A stretch of DNA of 64,000 bases. Origin: Candidatus Microgenomatus sp. GTDB taxonomy: Bacteria; Patescibacteriota; Minisyncoccia; UBA6257; GWB1-50-10. Shown one piece after another: positions 7,430 to 16,046 of this stretch. How positions within the stretch are numbered: position 1 is the stretch's first letter; each line of letters starts with the position of its first letter. Location: positions 175,157 to 239,156 of the forward strand of contig DYGI01000001.1 in assembly GCA_020724805.1 (NCBI GenBank), read 5' to 3'. The notes under the pieces were generated by a model. It was not told where the DNA came from. It searched no databases and was given only the letters and a program-made list of their open reading frames with translations. The translations under genes were made by a program, and so were the position numbers.

Positions 7430-8365
7430 ATGAAAAAGAACATTGCAGTAATTGTTATTTCGGCGGCGCTTGTGGTGCCCATGTTTGTGGGCGCACAAGA
7501 CGGCGCTACGAACGCGTCCGAAAGGGCGCGCGAAGAAGTGAAGGAATTGCAGGAAAGCTTAAAGAAAGAAGCGGAAAGGATTCGTGAGCAGGCGAAGCAA
7601 GAAACGGAACGTGTCCGTGGAGAGGTGCGCGCGCAGGCACAAAACATCTCGCCGCTCACTAAAGAGGCGGTAGAAGCGTTGAAAATGCGTAGAGAGGAAG
7701 CGCAGAAGCAGATGGAAGCGGCTCGCGAAGCGGCGAAGCAACAATTGGAAATGCGCCGTGAAGAGGCAAAGCAGCTTATGGAGACGAAGAGGGAAGAGCT
7801 GAAGCAGCGCCTGGAAATATTGAAGGATCAGAAAAAGGCGGAAATCGTAACACGTGTATACGACAAGGTGAGCGAATTGAATGCGCGCCTTACGAGCCAC
7901 TACCTTAAAGTGTTAGAGCAGATCGAAAAAGTGCTCGCGAATGTTAAAAGCCGCACCGACAAAGCGGAGACGGCGGGGCTTAACGTCGCAGCGGTACGTG
8001 CGGCAATCACGAGCGCGGAAGCAGCAATCGCCACGAGCCGTGCGGCGGTGCAGGTACAAGCGGGGAAGAGCTACTCAATAAACGTAGACACTTCCTCCGA
8101 GACAGTTGCGAGCTCCACGCTTCGTTCCAACGTTGCGGCGGCGCGTGACGCCCTGAGGAATGACCTGAACGCGGTGCGCAACACCGTGCGTGCGGCGCAT
8201 GAGGGGGTACGCGTGGCGGCGGTAACGCTCGCACAGATTCCCCGCGTGGACGACGTGGATAATGATGACGATGAGGACGACGACGAGAACGCCACATCCA
8301 CGGCAACTTCCACGCCTCCTACGACAACCTCGACTGCCACTTCAACGGCGACGAGCACGCCATAA
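7430..8365 (+). CDS. secreted coiled-coil protein with acidic and Thr/Ser-rich tail, hypothetical
   Basis: Signal peptide MKKNIAVIVISAALVVPMFVGAQ, long Glu/Lys/Arg/Ala-rich heptad region, DDVDNDDDEDDDE then TSTATSTPPTTTSTATSTATSTP. Confidence 0.5.
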   Translation: MKKNIAVIVISAALVVPMFVGAQDGATNASERAREEVKELQESLKKEAERIREQAKQETERVRGEVRAQAQNISPLTKEAVEALKMRREEAQKQMEAAREAAKQQLEMRREEAKQLMETKREELKQRLEILKDQKKAEIVTRVYDKVSELNARLTSHYLKVLEQIEKVLANVKSRTDKAETAGLNVAAVRAAITSAEAAIATSRAAVQVQAGKSYSINVDTSSETVASSTLRSNVAAARDALRNDLNAVRNTVRAAHEGVRVAAVTLAQIPRVDDVDNDDDEDDDENATSTATSTPPTTTSTATSTATSTP

Positions 8366-8393
8366 GGTCGTAATACGTTAAAGACCAAATCAT

Positions 8394-8636
8394 ATGGACG
8401 GACAAAATCCAGCAATGATGCCGGAGAAAAAAGGGAAGGGGTGGCTCGTGTGGGCAGTGATCATCGCGATCATCGTGCTCGCTGCCATCTTCATCTTTTG
8501 GGAAGGGCCGGTGGCGACACCGGAGATCGGCACCGAGGACACCACTTCGGCGATCGACGCGCAACTCGGGAGCATCGATCTCGGCAATCTTGAGGCCGAG
8601 CTTGGTGACATCGACGCGGACCTGAACCAGCTTTAG
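8394..8636 (+). CDS. small single-TM protein, hypothetical
   Basis: 80 aa. TM WLVWAVIIAIIVLAAIFIFW, acidic C-terminus. Confidence 0.4.
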   Translation: MDGQNPAMMPEKKGKGWLVWAVIIAIIVLAAIFIFWEGPVATPEIGTEDTTSAIDAQLGSIDLGNLEAELGDIDADLNQL

Positions 8637-8653
8637 TATTCGGCGCATTCAAG

Positions 8654-8680
8654 AAAACGCCCCTTGAGGGGCGTTTTCGT
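8654..8680 (+). terminator. rho-independent terminator
   Basis: aaaacgcccc-ttga-ggggcgtttt then cgttt. Confidence 0.6.
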
Positions 8681-8693
8681 TTATAATATTCGC

Positions 8694-9182
8694 ATGCTTA
8701 CGCTCGAAGAAATGCTCGTTCGTCTCGCGGTTGCGGTGGCGCTTGGTGCTATTGTCGGATTTGGTCGGGAAATGGCGGGAAAAGAAGCGGGGGTGAGGAC
8801 CGACATCATTGTGGCGGCGGGTGCGGCGCTTTTCACCGTCGCGGCACTTATGCTGCCTTATCTTATTGCGAGCTCTCCCGAGCATTTGAATGACATAATG
8901 GCACGAAACAGCGGGTTCCTTTCGCTTATCGGGAATGTGGTGGTCGGTATCGGTTTTCTCGGTGCCGGCATCATCGTAAAACAAGGGGTACACGTACGGA
9001 GCGTGACCACTGCGGCGACGGTGTGGTTTGTGGCGGCGCTTGGCGTGCTCTCTGGCCTTGGGCTTCTCCTTTTCGCCGGCATCGCGGGCGTAGCACTCAC
9101 TATTCTCCTCGCAATTTTAGGGAAGATAGATCTCAAGCGTGCGCTTGCGGAGGAAGGGCACGGCGCACATCGGGATTTGTAG
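8694..9182 (+). CDS. MgtC/SapB family membrane protein
   Basis: ORF 8664 trimmed to M11. MLTLEEMLVRLAVAVALGAIVGFGREMAGKEAGVRTDIIVAAGAALFTV matches the MgtC N-terminal signature. Confidence 0.65.
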   Translation: MLTLEEMLVRLAVAVALGAIVGFGREMAGKEAGVRTDIIVAAGAALFTVAALMLPYLIASSPEHLNDIMARNSGFLSLIGNVVVGIGFLGAGIIVKQGVHVRSVTTAATVWFVAALGVLSGLGLLLFAGIAGVALTILLAILGKIDLKRALAEEGHGAHRDL

Positions 9183-9186
9183 GAGC

Positions 9187-10482
9187 ATGAAATCTTTCTA
9201 CATGGATTACGCCGCGGCGACGCCGGTGGACCCTCGCGTATTTGGCGCGATGCGTCCGTATTTTGATATGAAGTTCGGGAACCCCGGCTCCCTCCATGCG
9301 CGCGGAGCGGAAGCTCTCGCCGCGCTTGATAGCGCGCGCGAAACGGTTGCGCACGCGATAGGGGAAGATTTTCGAAACGTGGTGTTCACTGCGTCCGCGA
9401 CGGAGGCGAATAATCTCGCGCTCCGTGGCGTGGTGCGCGGGTATAAAGACTTGGGTTCAGGGTCTAGGAAAAAAAATTCTCTAACCCCTAACCCCCACAC
9501 CCTAACTCCTCGGATCGTTGTTTCTGCGGTGGAGCATGATTCGGTACTTGAAACGGCGCGGGATATGGAACATGCGGGCGAGGCGGAAGTGGTAATAATT
9601 CCCGTCGATAAAAAAGGAGCGGTGGACCTCAAGAAGCTGGAAGCGGCGCTCGACGAAAGGACCGCGCTTGTGTCGGTGATGTACGTCAATAATGAACTTG
9701 GCACGGTGCAGCCGATAGCTGAGATTGCGGAAATCGTCCGCCGTCACAAGTCGCCAGTGAATGGTTATCCGTTATTTCACACCGATGCAGCGCAGGCGTT
9801 TCTATACTACCCATGCAATCTCAAAGAACTTGGAGTGGATCTGATGACGCTCTCCTCGCAAAAAATATATGGACCGAAAGGCGCAGGCGCGCTGATATTA
9901 GGGAATAGGGTTCAGGGTCTAGGGTCTAGAAAAGAGAGTTCCCTAATCCCGAGTCACTATGCTCTAGCCCCCATCCTTACGGGGGGCGGTCAGGAATTCA
10001 ATCTCCGTGCCGGTACGGAAAATGTGCCGGCGATAGTGGGGCTTGGTATTGCCGCGGGGCTCGCCGAAAAGGAGCGCTCAAAAAACTTTACCAGAACCGA
10101 AAAGGTTCGTGATGTTTTTGTGAGCGAGTTGAAACGCATGATTCCCGGCGCGGAAGAAAATGCACGAGGGGACGCGCCGCACATCGCAAATATCGCGTTC
10201 CCGGAAGGTATATCGGCGGAGGACCTCCTCGTGCTTTTCGACCGTGCGGACATCGCAGCGAGTCCTGGTGCGGCGTGCAGCGCGCGAGCGCTCACCCTCT
10301 CTCACGTGCTCCGCGCCATAGGAATTTCGGACGAGCGCATCACGCGGAGCATTCGCTTCAGTTTCGGCCGCGGTATCACCGAGAAAGACGCACGCGACGC
10401 GGCACGCGTAATCGGGAAAATCGTAACGTCGTTACCCGTTGCGAGCGGCGTTACCTTTTCAAGGAAAAATCGTAATATATAG
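9187..10482 (+). CDS. cysteine desulfurase (class V aminotransferase, IscS/NifS-like) carrying two in-frame repeat insertions
   Basis: ORF 9139 trimmed to M17 (SD aggag). MDYAAATPVDPRV, FTASATEANNLAL, LSSQKIYGPKGAGAL, GGGQEFNLRAGTENV, SPGAACSA align to IscS. Two segments (9451-9507, 9898-9972) are absent from canonical IscS. Confidence 0.8.
   Translation: MKSFYMDYAAATPVDPRVFGAMRPYFDMKFGNPGSLHARGAEALAALDSARETVAHAIGEDFRNVVFTASATEANNLALRGVVRGYKDLGSGSRKKNSLTPNPHTLTPRIVVSAVEHDSVLETARDMEHAGEAEVVIIPVDKKGAVDLKKLEAALDERTALVSVMYVNNELGTVQPIAEIAEIVRRHKSPVNGYPLFHTDAAQAFLYYPCNLKELGVDLMTLSSQKIYGPKGAGALILGNRVQGLGSRKESSLIPSHYALAPILTGGGQEFNLRAGTENVPAIVGLGIAAGLAEKERSKNFTRTEKVRDVFVSELKRMIPGAEENARGDAPHIANIAFPEGISAEDLLVLFDRADIAASPGAACSARALTLSHVLRAIGISDERITRSIRFSFGRGITEKDARDAARVIGKIVTSLPVASGVTFSRKNRNI
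9451..9507. repeat. palindromic TAGGG/CCCTAA-family repeat inserted in frame in the cysteine desulfurase (19 codons)
   Basis: ttgggttcagggtctagg-aaaaaaaattct-ctaacccctaacccccacaccctaact: left arm GGGTCTAGG, right arm CCTAACCC(n). Encodes LGSGSRKKNSLTPNPHTLT between the conserved GYK and RIVVSAVEH. Confidence 0.6.
9898..9972. repeat. second in-frame palindromic TAGGG-family repeat in the cysteine desulfurase (25 codons)
   Basis: ttagggaatagggttcagggtctagggtctag-aaaagagag-ttccctaatcccgagtcactatgctctagccccc. Shares gggttcagggtctagg with the first copy. Confidence 0.6.
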
Positions 10483-10512
10483 TAAAGTCGAAAAGGTGAG
10501 TATATTTATTTT

Positions 10513-11283
10513 ATGGACGAAAAAGTGAGAAGTTATCTCGGAGGTGCGGCGGTGATCGGTATTCTTGCGGTGTCGTATGCGGCGGTAGTGGGTGTGCGAA
10601 CGTATTCGCAGTCCATTGAACCGTCCTCTTTCCGGAGTTTTTCCGTGACGGCGGACGCGAAAGTGGTGGCGGTGCCCGATGTGGCGGCGTTCACGGCGAG
10701 CGTTATCACGGAGGGAGGTCTCGATCTCGGAGCGCTCCAGGAAGCGAATATCGAGAAAACGAACGCGGTCATTGCATACGTGAAAGATGAAGGAGTAGAC
10801 GAGAAGGATGTGAAGACGGAAGGGTACTCGGTGGAGCCGCGGTATCAGTATTACGGTTGCGAAACGGGCACATGTCCGCCCCCGCGTATTGTGGGATATA
10901 CGGTACGCCAGACCGTGTCCGTGAAGGTGCGTGATTTTGCGAAAGCGGGCGAGATATTGGGCGGCGTGGTGACGAAGGGAGCGAACTCGGTGTCGTCACT
11001 CTCGTTCACTATTGATGACCCTACCGAAGTGCAGGCCGAAGCGCGCGCCGAGGCGATTGAAAAGGCAAAAGCGAAAGCGAGAGTAATTGCGGACGAAGCA
11101 GGCTTCAACGTGGGCCGACTCCTCTCCATTGACGAGGGAGGATACGTGCCCCCGATGCCTTACTACTATCGCGAGGCATATGGTATGGGAGGCGCAGGTG
11201 ACGCGGCGAAAGTTGCCGCATCCATTGAACCGGGGTCGCAGGATGTTACCGTGACAGTGACACTTCGGTATGAAATTCGGTAA
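10513..11283 (+). CDS. SIMPL/DUF541-like periplasmic protein (26-kDa periplasmic immunogenic protein family), putative
   Basis: 256 aa, N-terminal TM/signal, beta-rich with Ala/Lys-rich helix (EARAEAIEKAKAKARVIADEAG), typical SIMPL-domain layout. Confidence 0.45.
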   Translation: MDEKVRSYLGGAAVIGILAVSYAAVVGVRTYSQSIEPSSFRSFSVTADAKVVAVPDVAAFTASVITEGGLDLGALQEANIEKTNAVIAYVKDEGVDEKDVKTEGYSVEPRYQYYGCETGTCPPPRIVGYTVRQTVSVKVRDFAKAGEILGGVVTKGANSVSSLSFTIDDPTEVQAEARAEAIEKAKAKARVIADEAGFNVGRLLSIDEGGYVPPMPYYYREAYGMGGAGDAAKVAASIEPGSQDVTVTVTLRYEIR

Positions 11284-12493
11284 AAGAGAGGTTCTTACAC
11301 TCATCGTAATTGCGGGAATAACGGGAGGCGCGATTGGAGGCGCGATGGCGCCTTCCTTCGTGTCCGCCAGTTTCCTGGACGATATAAAAACATTTTTCGG
11401 CATCCCGACGCCGGTACCCGAGGAGCCGAGTCCCGCGCCAAGTCCCACCGTACCTCTCTACAAGCCGGTCATCGATTATGAAGAAGCAGTGGTGAGCGCG
11501 GTAGAAACCGCAACGCCCTCAGTGGTGTCCATTGTTATCTCCAAAGATGTGCCGGTTATCGAACGATGCCCCTACGATCCCTTTGGCGATCTCCCTCCCG
11601 AGTTCCGCGATTTCTTCGGAGGAGGATTCGAAGGATTTTACGCGCCATGCGAGCGCGGTACCGAACGCCGTGAAGTAGGCGGCGGCTCCGGTTTCATCGT
11701 GTCTTCGGACGGGCTTGTGGTGACGAATAAACATGTGGTGGCTGACACATCCGCGGACTACACCGTATTTACGAGTGACGGAAAGAAATACGACGCGGAG
11801 GTGATAGCGCGCGATCCGTTGCAGGACCTCGCGGTTCTTAGAATCCCCGGGGCCGGATTTACGTCGGCGAAGCTCGGCAATTCCGACTCGTTGAAACTCG
11901 GTCAGACCGCGATTGCGATAGGGAATTCGCTCGGCGAGTTTAAAAACACGGTCTCGGTGGGCGTTATTTCCGGCCTTGCGCGGAACATCACCGCGTCTGG
12001 CGAAGGATTCGGCACCGAACTTATTCAGGGCGTCATCCAAACCGATGCGGCCATCAACCCAGGGAATTCCGGCGGCCCCCTTCTGAATCTCAAAGGGGAG
12101 GTGATAGGTATCAATGTGGCAACCGCCTCGGGCGCCGAGAATATCGGATTTGCCATTCCCGTAAACCGCGCGAAGCGCGCGATAGAGTCCGTGAAACGGA
12201 CCGGCACCATCGAGTCACCGTACCTTGGCATACGCTATGTGATGACCGAAGAAGGAGCGCGGGTGGGGGGCACGAAAGAAGGTCCCGGGGTTATCCCGAA
12301 TTCTCCGGCGGCTGCGGCTGGTATCCGCGCGGATGACCTTATAGAGAAAATGAATGGCGAGCAGTTGAACGAAGAAAACCCGCTCGGTGCGGTCATCCAG
12401 AAATATGGCGTAGGGGATACGGTGACGCTTACGGTGAAGCGGGGAGAGGAAACGCTCGCGATTCCCGTAACGCTCGGGAAGCGTCCCGAGTGA
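11270..12493 (+). CDS. HtrA/DegP-family serine protease with C-terminal PDZ domain
   Basis: GSGFIVSSDGLVVTNKHVV (His box), DLAVL (Asp), GNSGGPLLNLKGEVIGINVA (Ser box), then PDZ-like GIRADDLIEKMNGEQL. Confidence 0.85.
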   Translation: MKFGKREVLTLIVIAGITGGAIGGAMAPSFVSASFLDDIKTFFGIPTPVPEEPSPAPSPTVPLYKPVIDYEEAVVSAVETATPSVVSIVISKDVPVIERCPYDPFGDLPPEFRDFFGGGFEGFYAPCERGTERREVGGGSGFIVSSDGLVVTNKHVVADTSADYTVFTSDGKKYDAEVIARDPLQDLAVLRIPGAGFTSAKLGNSDSLKLGQTAIAIGNSLGEFKNTVSVGVISGLARNITASGEGFGTELIQGVIQTDAAINPGNSGGPLLNLKGEVIGINVATASGAENIGFAIPVNRAKRAIESVKRTGTIESPYLGIRYVMTEEGARVGGTKEGPGVIPNSPAAAAGIRADDLIEKMNGEQLNEENPLGAVIQKYGVGDTVTLTVKRGEETLAIPVTLGKRPE

Positions 12494-12593
12494 GCATTAG
12501 TCCCGTTAGAAGTCGCGCTCGTCCGCGATTGTACTCAATCGGGACGAGTCCCTCGCGGGACCGCTGACGCGGCTACTTCTAACGGGATTAGCA
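12494..12593. repeat. 100-bp compound palindrome directly after the htrA stop
   Basis: Outer arms gcattagtcccgttagaagtcgcg / cgcggctacttctaacgggattagc. Inner hairpins ctcgtcc..ggacgag and gtccc-tcgc-gggac. Confidence 0.5.
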
Positions 12594-12635
12594 CTCGAGG
12601 TATGGTATTGCTAATTCATCGATTTTCGCTATCAT
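12588..12635 (+). promoter_or_regulatory. CIRCE-like inverted repeat overlapping a sigma70-like promoter upstream of clpB
   Basis: TTAGCACTC-gaggtatgg-TATTGCTAA (9/9 and 7/9 versus CIRCE TTAGCACTC-N9-GAGTGCTAA). TTGCTA-16nt-TATCAT promoter overlapping the right half. Confidence 0.4.
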
Positions 12636-12642
12636 AGAAGGG

Positions 12643-12696
12643 CATAGGGGATAGGGTCTAGAAATTTTCCTAACCCCTAAACCCTAAACCCTAATT
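12643..12696. repeat. TAGGG-family repeat with telomere-like (CCCTAAA)n arm in the clpB 5' UTR
   Basis: gcataggggatagggtctag-aaattttc-ctaacccctaaaccctaaaccctaa, ending 4 nt before the clpB ATG. Confidence 0.6.
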
Positions 12697-12699
12697 CTC

Positions 12700-15345
12700 A
12701 TGCCAAACTTTCATCGTTTCACCCTAAAAGCACAGGAAGCGTTGCAGGCGGCACAGGAACTTGTGGCGCGGTTGAATCATGGAGAGCTGAAAGGGCTTCA
12801 CCTTCTTGCTGCGCTTCTTGAGGATGAGTCGACGCTCGTGCGTCCGCTTCTCACACGCGGCCAAGTGGATCTCGCGTCGCTTGAAACGGAACTCGACACA
12901 AAACTTGCCGCACTCCCGAAGATAGTTTCGGCACATGGTGCGGTGGGCCAACTTTATCTTTCAACCGAGCTTATGCGGGTGCTTGACCGCGCGGCGGAAG
13001 CGGCGCGGCGGCAGAAAGACGATTTTATTTCGTGCGAGCACCTCGTACTCGCACTCCTCGAAGTTCCGGGGCCCGCGTCGGAACTTTTGACACGAATGGG
13101 AGCTCGCCGCGACACGCTTTTTCGCACGCTCGCGGAGCTTCGGGGCTCCGTACGGGTTACCGACGAAACGCCGGAGACAAAATTCCAGGTGCTCGACAAA
13201 TATGCGGTGAACCTTACCGATAAAGCGAAAGAAGGAAAGCTGGACCCGGTTATCGGACGCGAGAATGAGCTTGAACGGGTGATGCAAATTCTCTCGCGCC
13301 GCACGAAGAACAACCCCATCCTTATCGGTGAACCAGGCGTGGGGAAAACCGCCATCGTGGAAGGATTGGCGCAGATGATCGTGGGCGGGAACGTTCCCGA
13401 ATCCCTGAAGGAAAAAGAGATCGTGATGCTCGACATCGGCTCGCTCATCGCCGGCACAAAATTCCGAGGAGAATTCGAGGATAGACTGAAGGCATTTTTG
13501 AAGGAGCTCCAAAATGCTCAAGGGCGCATCATCCTTTTCATCGACGAGATCCACATGATCGTAGGCGCCGGTGCCGCGGAAGGCGCGGTGGACGCCGCGA
13601 ACCTTTTGAAACCCGCGCTCGCGCGTGGCGAGCTTCACGCGATAGGCGCGACGACGTTCAAGGAATATCAGAAGCACATCGAAAAAGACCCCGCGCTCGA
13701 ACGCAGATTCCAGCCGGTCACGGTGGAGGAACCGACCCTCGAGGATTCCATTTCCATACTTCGGGGACTCAAGGAAAAATACGAAACGCATCACGGCCTT
13801 CGTATCACGGACGATTCGCTTGTGGCGGCAGTGGAACTTTCGGCGCGTTATATCACGGACCGATTTCTTCCCGACAAAGCGGTAGACCTTATCGATGAGG
13901 CGGCAGCGGCGCGGCGATTGGAATCCGACAGCGTACCTTCGGAACTTTCCAAAGTTCGCAAAGAACTTACGCGCCTCGAGATCGAGCGCGCGGCGCTCGA
14001 GAAGGAAGGGACGAAAGGTCCGCGCATAAAGGCGTTGCAAAAGGAAATTGCGAAACTCAAAGAACGCCACGAAGGACTCGCGGCGGAATGGCACACCGAG
14101 AAGTTGGTGTTTGAAAATCTTCACACGTCACGGAAGAAAATCGAGGATTTGAAACGGACGGCCGAAAAAGCGGAACGCGAGGGAGATTTGGAGAAGGTAG
14201 CTCAAGTTCTCTACGGCGAATTGCCGGAGGCGGAAAAGCAATACCACACGTTCGAGCGACGGTATGCGGGCGCGTCGAAAAAGCCCGCGAAGGGAAGCAA
14301 AGTGCCGCATTTCATACGGGAAACGGTGGAGAAAGAAGATATCGCCGCAGTGGTAGCGCGGTGGACCGGTATCCCGACCGCGAAGATGTTGGAGTCCGAA
14401 CTCGAAAAACTTTCTCGCATCGAAGACGTGCTCGAGAAGCGTGTGGTGGGACAGCGTGAAGCGGTCTCGGCCGTGGCGCGTGCGCTCCGCCGCTCAAGGG
14501 CGGGACTTGCGGACGAGGATAGGCCCGCGGGCTCATTCATGTTCCTGGGGCCCACCGGGGTGGGAAAAACGGAGCTTGCGCGCACTCTTGCGGAGTTCAT
14601 GTTCAACGATGAAAAGGCGCTTATCCGCATCGATATGTCGGAATATATGGAGCGACATGCGGTCGCGCGCCTCATTGGGAGCCCTCCGGGATATGTGGGG
14701 CACGAAGAGGGGGGACAATTGACCGAGCTGGTACGTCACCGGCCCTACTCGCTCATCCTTTTCGATGAGATAGAAAAGGCGCACCCCGAGGTCTTCAACA
14801 TTCTTCTCCAGATGTTGGACCACGGGCGTTTGACCGACGGCAAGGGGAAGCACGTGAATTTCAAGAACGCCATCATCATTCTCACTTCGAACGTCGGGAG
14901 TGAGTATTTCCGCGAGATGTCCGGGGTTGGTTTTGCGGCGGCGAACGAGGAAGAGTTCCTTCTTAAAGAAGAGCAATTTCGTGATAAGGTATGGGAGGCC
15001 CTCAAAGACACTTTCAAACCGGAATTTCTGAACCGTTTGGACGAGGTGGTTATATTCAACGCGCTTTCGCCGAAAGAAGTGGCGCGCATCGTAGATATCC
15101 AGCTCGCGCGTCTTGGGGTTCGGCTTGCGAAAAAAGGCATCACGCTTGCGGTGCGCCCGGAGGTACGCGAATATCTTGTGGCGCACGGATTCGACCCTGA
15201 TTATGGCGCGCGTCCGGTGAAGCGCCTCATCGAAAAAACCATCGTGGATGCGCTCGCGGACCGGATGGTAAAAGGCAATGTACCCCATGGAAAGAAAATT
15301 ACCGTTTCGCTTACCAAGTCAGACCGCGTGGCGGTCATCGGCTAG
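12700..15345 (+). CDS. clpB: ATP-dependent chaperone ClpB
   Basis: 881 aa. Clp-N repeats, two AAA+ modules (GEPGVGKTAIVEGLA; GPTGVGKTELARTLA), long middle coiled-coil, sensor-2 GARPVKRLIEK. Confidence 0.95.
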   Translation: MPNFHRFTLKAQEALQAAQELVARLNHGELKGLHLLAALLEDESTLVRPLLTRGQVDLASLETELDTKLAALPKIVSAHGAVGQLYLSTELMRVLDRAAEAARRQKDDFISCEHLVLALLEVPGPASELLTRMGARRDTLFRTLAELRGSVRVTDETPETKFQVLDKYAVNLTDKAKEGKLDPVIGRENELERVMQILSRRTKNNPILIGEPGVGKTAIVEGLAQMIVGGNVPESLKEKEIVMLDIGSLIAGTKFRGEFEDRLKAFLKELQNAQGRIILFIDEIHMIVGAGAAEGAVDAANLLKPALARGELHAIGATTFKEYQKHIEKDPALERRFQPVTVEEPTLEDSISILRGLKEKYETHHGLRITDDSLVAAVELSARYITDRFLPDKAVDLIDEAAAARRLESDSVPSELSKVRKELTRLEIERAALEKEGTKGPRIKALQKEIAKLKERHEGLAAEWHTEKLVFENLHTSRKKIEDLKRTAEKAEREGDLEKVAQVLYGELPEAEKQYHTFERRYAGASKKPAKGSKVPHFIRETVEKEDIAAVVARWTGIPTAKMLESELEKLSRIEDVLEKRVVGQREAVSAVARALRRSRAGLADEDRPAGSFMFLGPTGVGKTELARTLAEFMFNDEKALIRIDMSEYMERHAVARLIGSPPGYVGHEEGGQLTELVRHRPYSLILFDEIEKAHPEVFNILLQMLDHGRLTDGKGKHVNFKNAIIILTSNVGSEYFREMSGVGFAAANEEEFLLKEEQFRDKVWEALKDTFKPEFLNRLDEVVIFNALSPKEVARIVDIQLARLGVRLAKKGITLAVRPEVREYLVAHGFDPDYGARPVKRLIEKTIVDALADRMVKGNVPHGKKITVSLTKSDRVAVIG

Positions 15346-16018
15346 CGCGCTCGCCCTCGCGCTCATTTCGCTTTGGCTTGCGGCCGGGGAATTCGGGGTC
15401 GGCTCATTTGTCCTTTTCGCGCTTGCGCTCGGCGCATTGACGCTCCAATTTTCAGAATGGCGTCGCGTGCGATTCTCGTGGTATGCGCTTACGCTGGTGA
15501 GCGGTATATTGTTTTCTCGCGCGACCCCGATGCTTATGGCGCCGTGGTTCGAGGCGGCGCTTGTGGGCGCGCTTAGCGCACTTCTTTTTCTTTCCGCCGC
15601 GGCGCTTCGTGATCCGCACCGTATCATTCCCCGCGTGCTTACCGTGACGCTCACGCTCCTCGCCGCGTTCCTCTTTTTCCGCGATTCATCGTGGCTCACA
15701 TTCGCGGTGTTTATATTGGTTACGGCACTCACCGCACGCGATGAGGCGCGCTCATGGGGCGCGCTTCGGGTGGGGGAAGGGAAGCTCATGGGCGCCGCGG
15801 TGGCGCTTGTGGGCGCCGAACTCGCCGCGTTCATCGGTTTACTCCCCCTAGGGTCCGCGCGTGCAGCGGCGCTCGCCGCATTCGTGCTTCTTTTGGTCCG
15901 CGAGGGGCTTTCCGAAGCCCTCCAAGGCGGACTCCGCCCGGTGGTCCTGTTCCGCGGTCTCGCCGTGTTTTTTACGTGCGCGGTGCTTCTCTTTGCATCA
16001 GTACATTGGGGAGTCTAG
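15287..16018 (+). CDS. hypothetical polytopic membrane protein
   Basis: ORF 15278..16018 (246 aa), Ala/Leu-rich with at least 6 hydrophobic helices. Overlaps the clpB 3' end by about 60 nt in another frame, so the start is uncertain. Confidence 0.35.
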   Translation: MERKLPFRLPSQTAWRSSASALALALISLWLAAGEFGVGSFVLFALALGALTLQFSEWRRVRFSWYALTLVSGILFSRATPMLMAPWFEAALVGALSALLFLSAAALRDPHRIIPRVLTVTLTLLAAFLFFRDSSWLTFAVFILVTALTARDEARSWGALRVGEGKLMGAAVALVGAELAAFIGLLPLGSARAAALAAFVLLLVREGLSEALQGGLRPVVLFRGLAVFFTCAVLLFASVHWGV

Positions 16019-16040
16019 GGACTAGGGGATAGGGTATAGT
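16015..16040. repeat. TAGGG-rich inverted repeat, left flank of the four-helix-bundle gene
   Basis: tctagggactaggggatagggtatag. Partner at 16396-16428 in inverse orientation. Confidence 0.5.
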
Positions 16041-16046
16041 GAAAGA

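Noticed and set aside
12671-12696. Eukaryotic (plant) contamination suggested by the TTTAGGG-type telomere repeat
   Set aside because: Only 2.5 units, embedded in a bacterial promoter/5' UTR 4 nt from the clpB start, and part of a palindromic repeat family seen at six other bacterial-context sites in the window.
12961-15288. Minus-strand ORFs of 387 aa and 251 aa inside clpB
   Set aside because: Antisense to a near-perfectly conserved ClpB. Arg-rich, no domains.
15319-15834. 171-aa minus-strand ORF opposite the putative membrane protein at 15287-16018
   Set aside because: Ser/Ala/Arg-rich low-complexity. The plus-strand frame gives coherent TM helices. Neither is strongly supported, and the minus-strand frame is the less protein-like.
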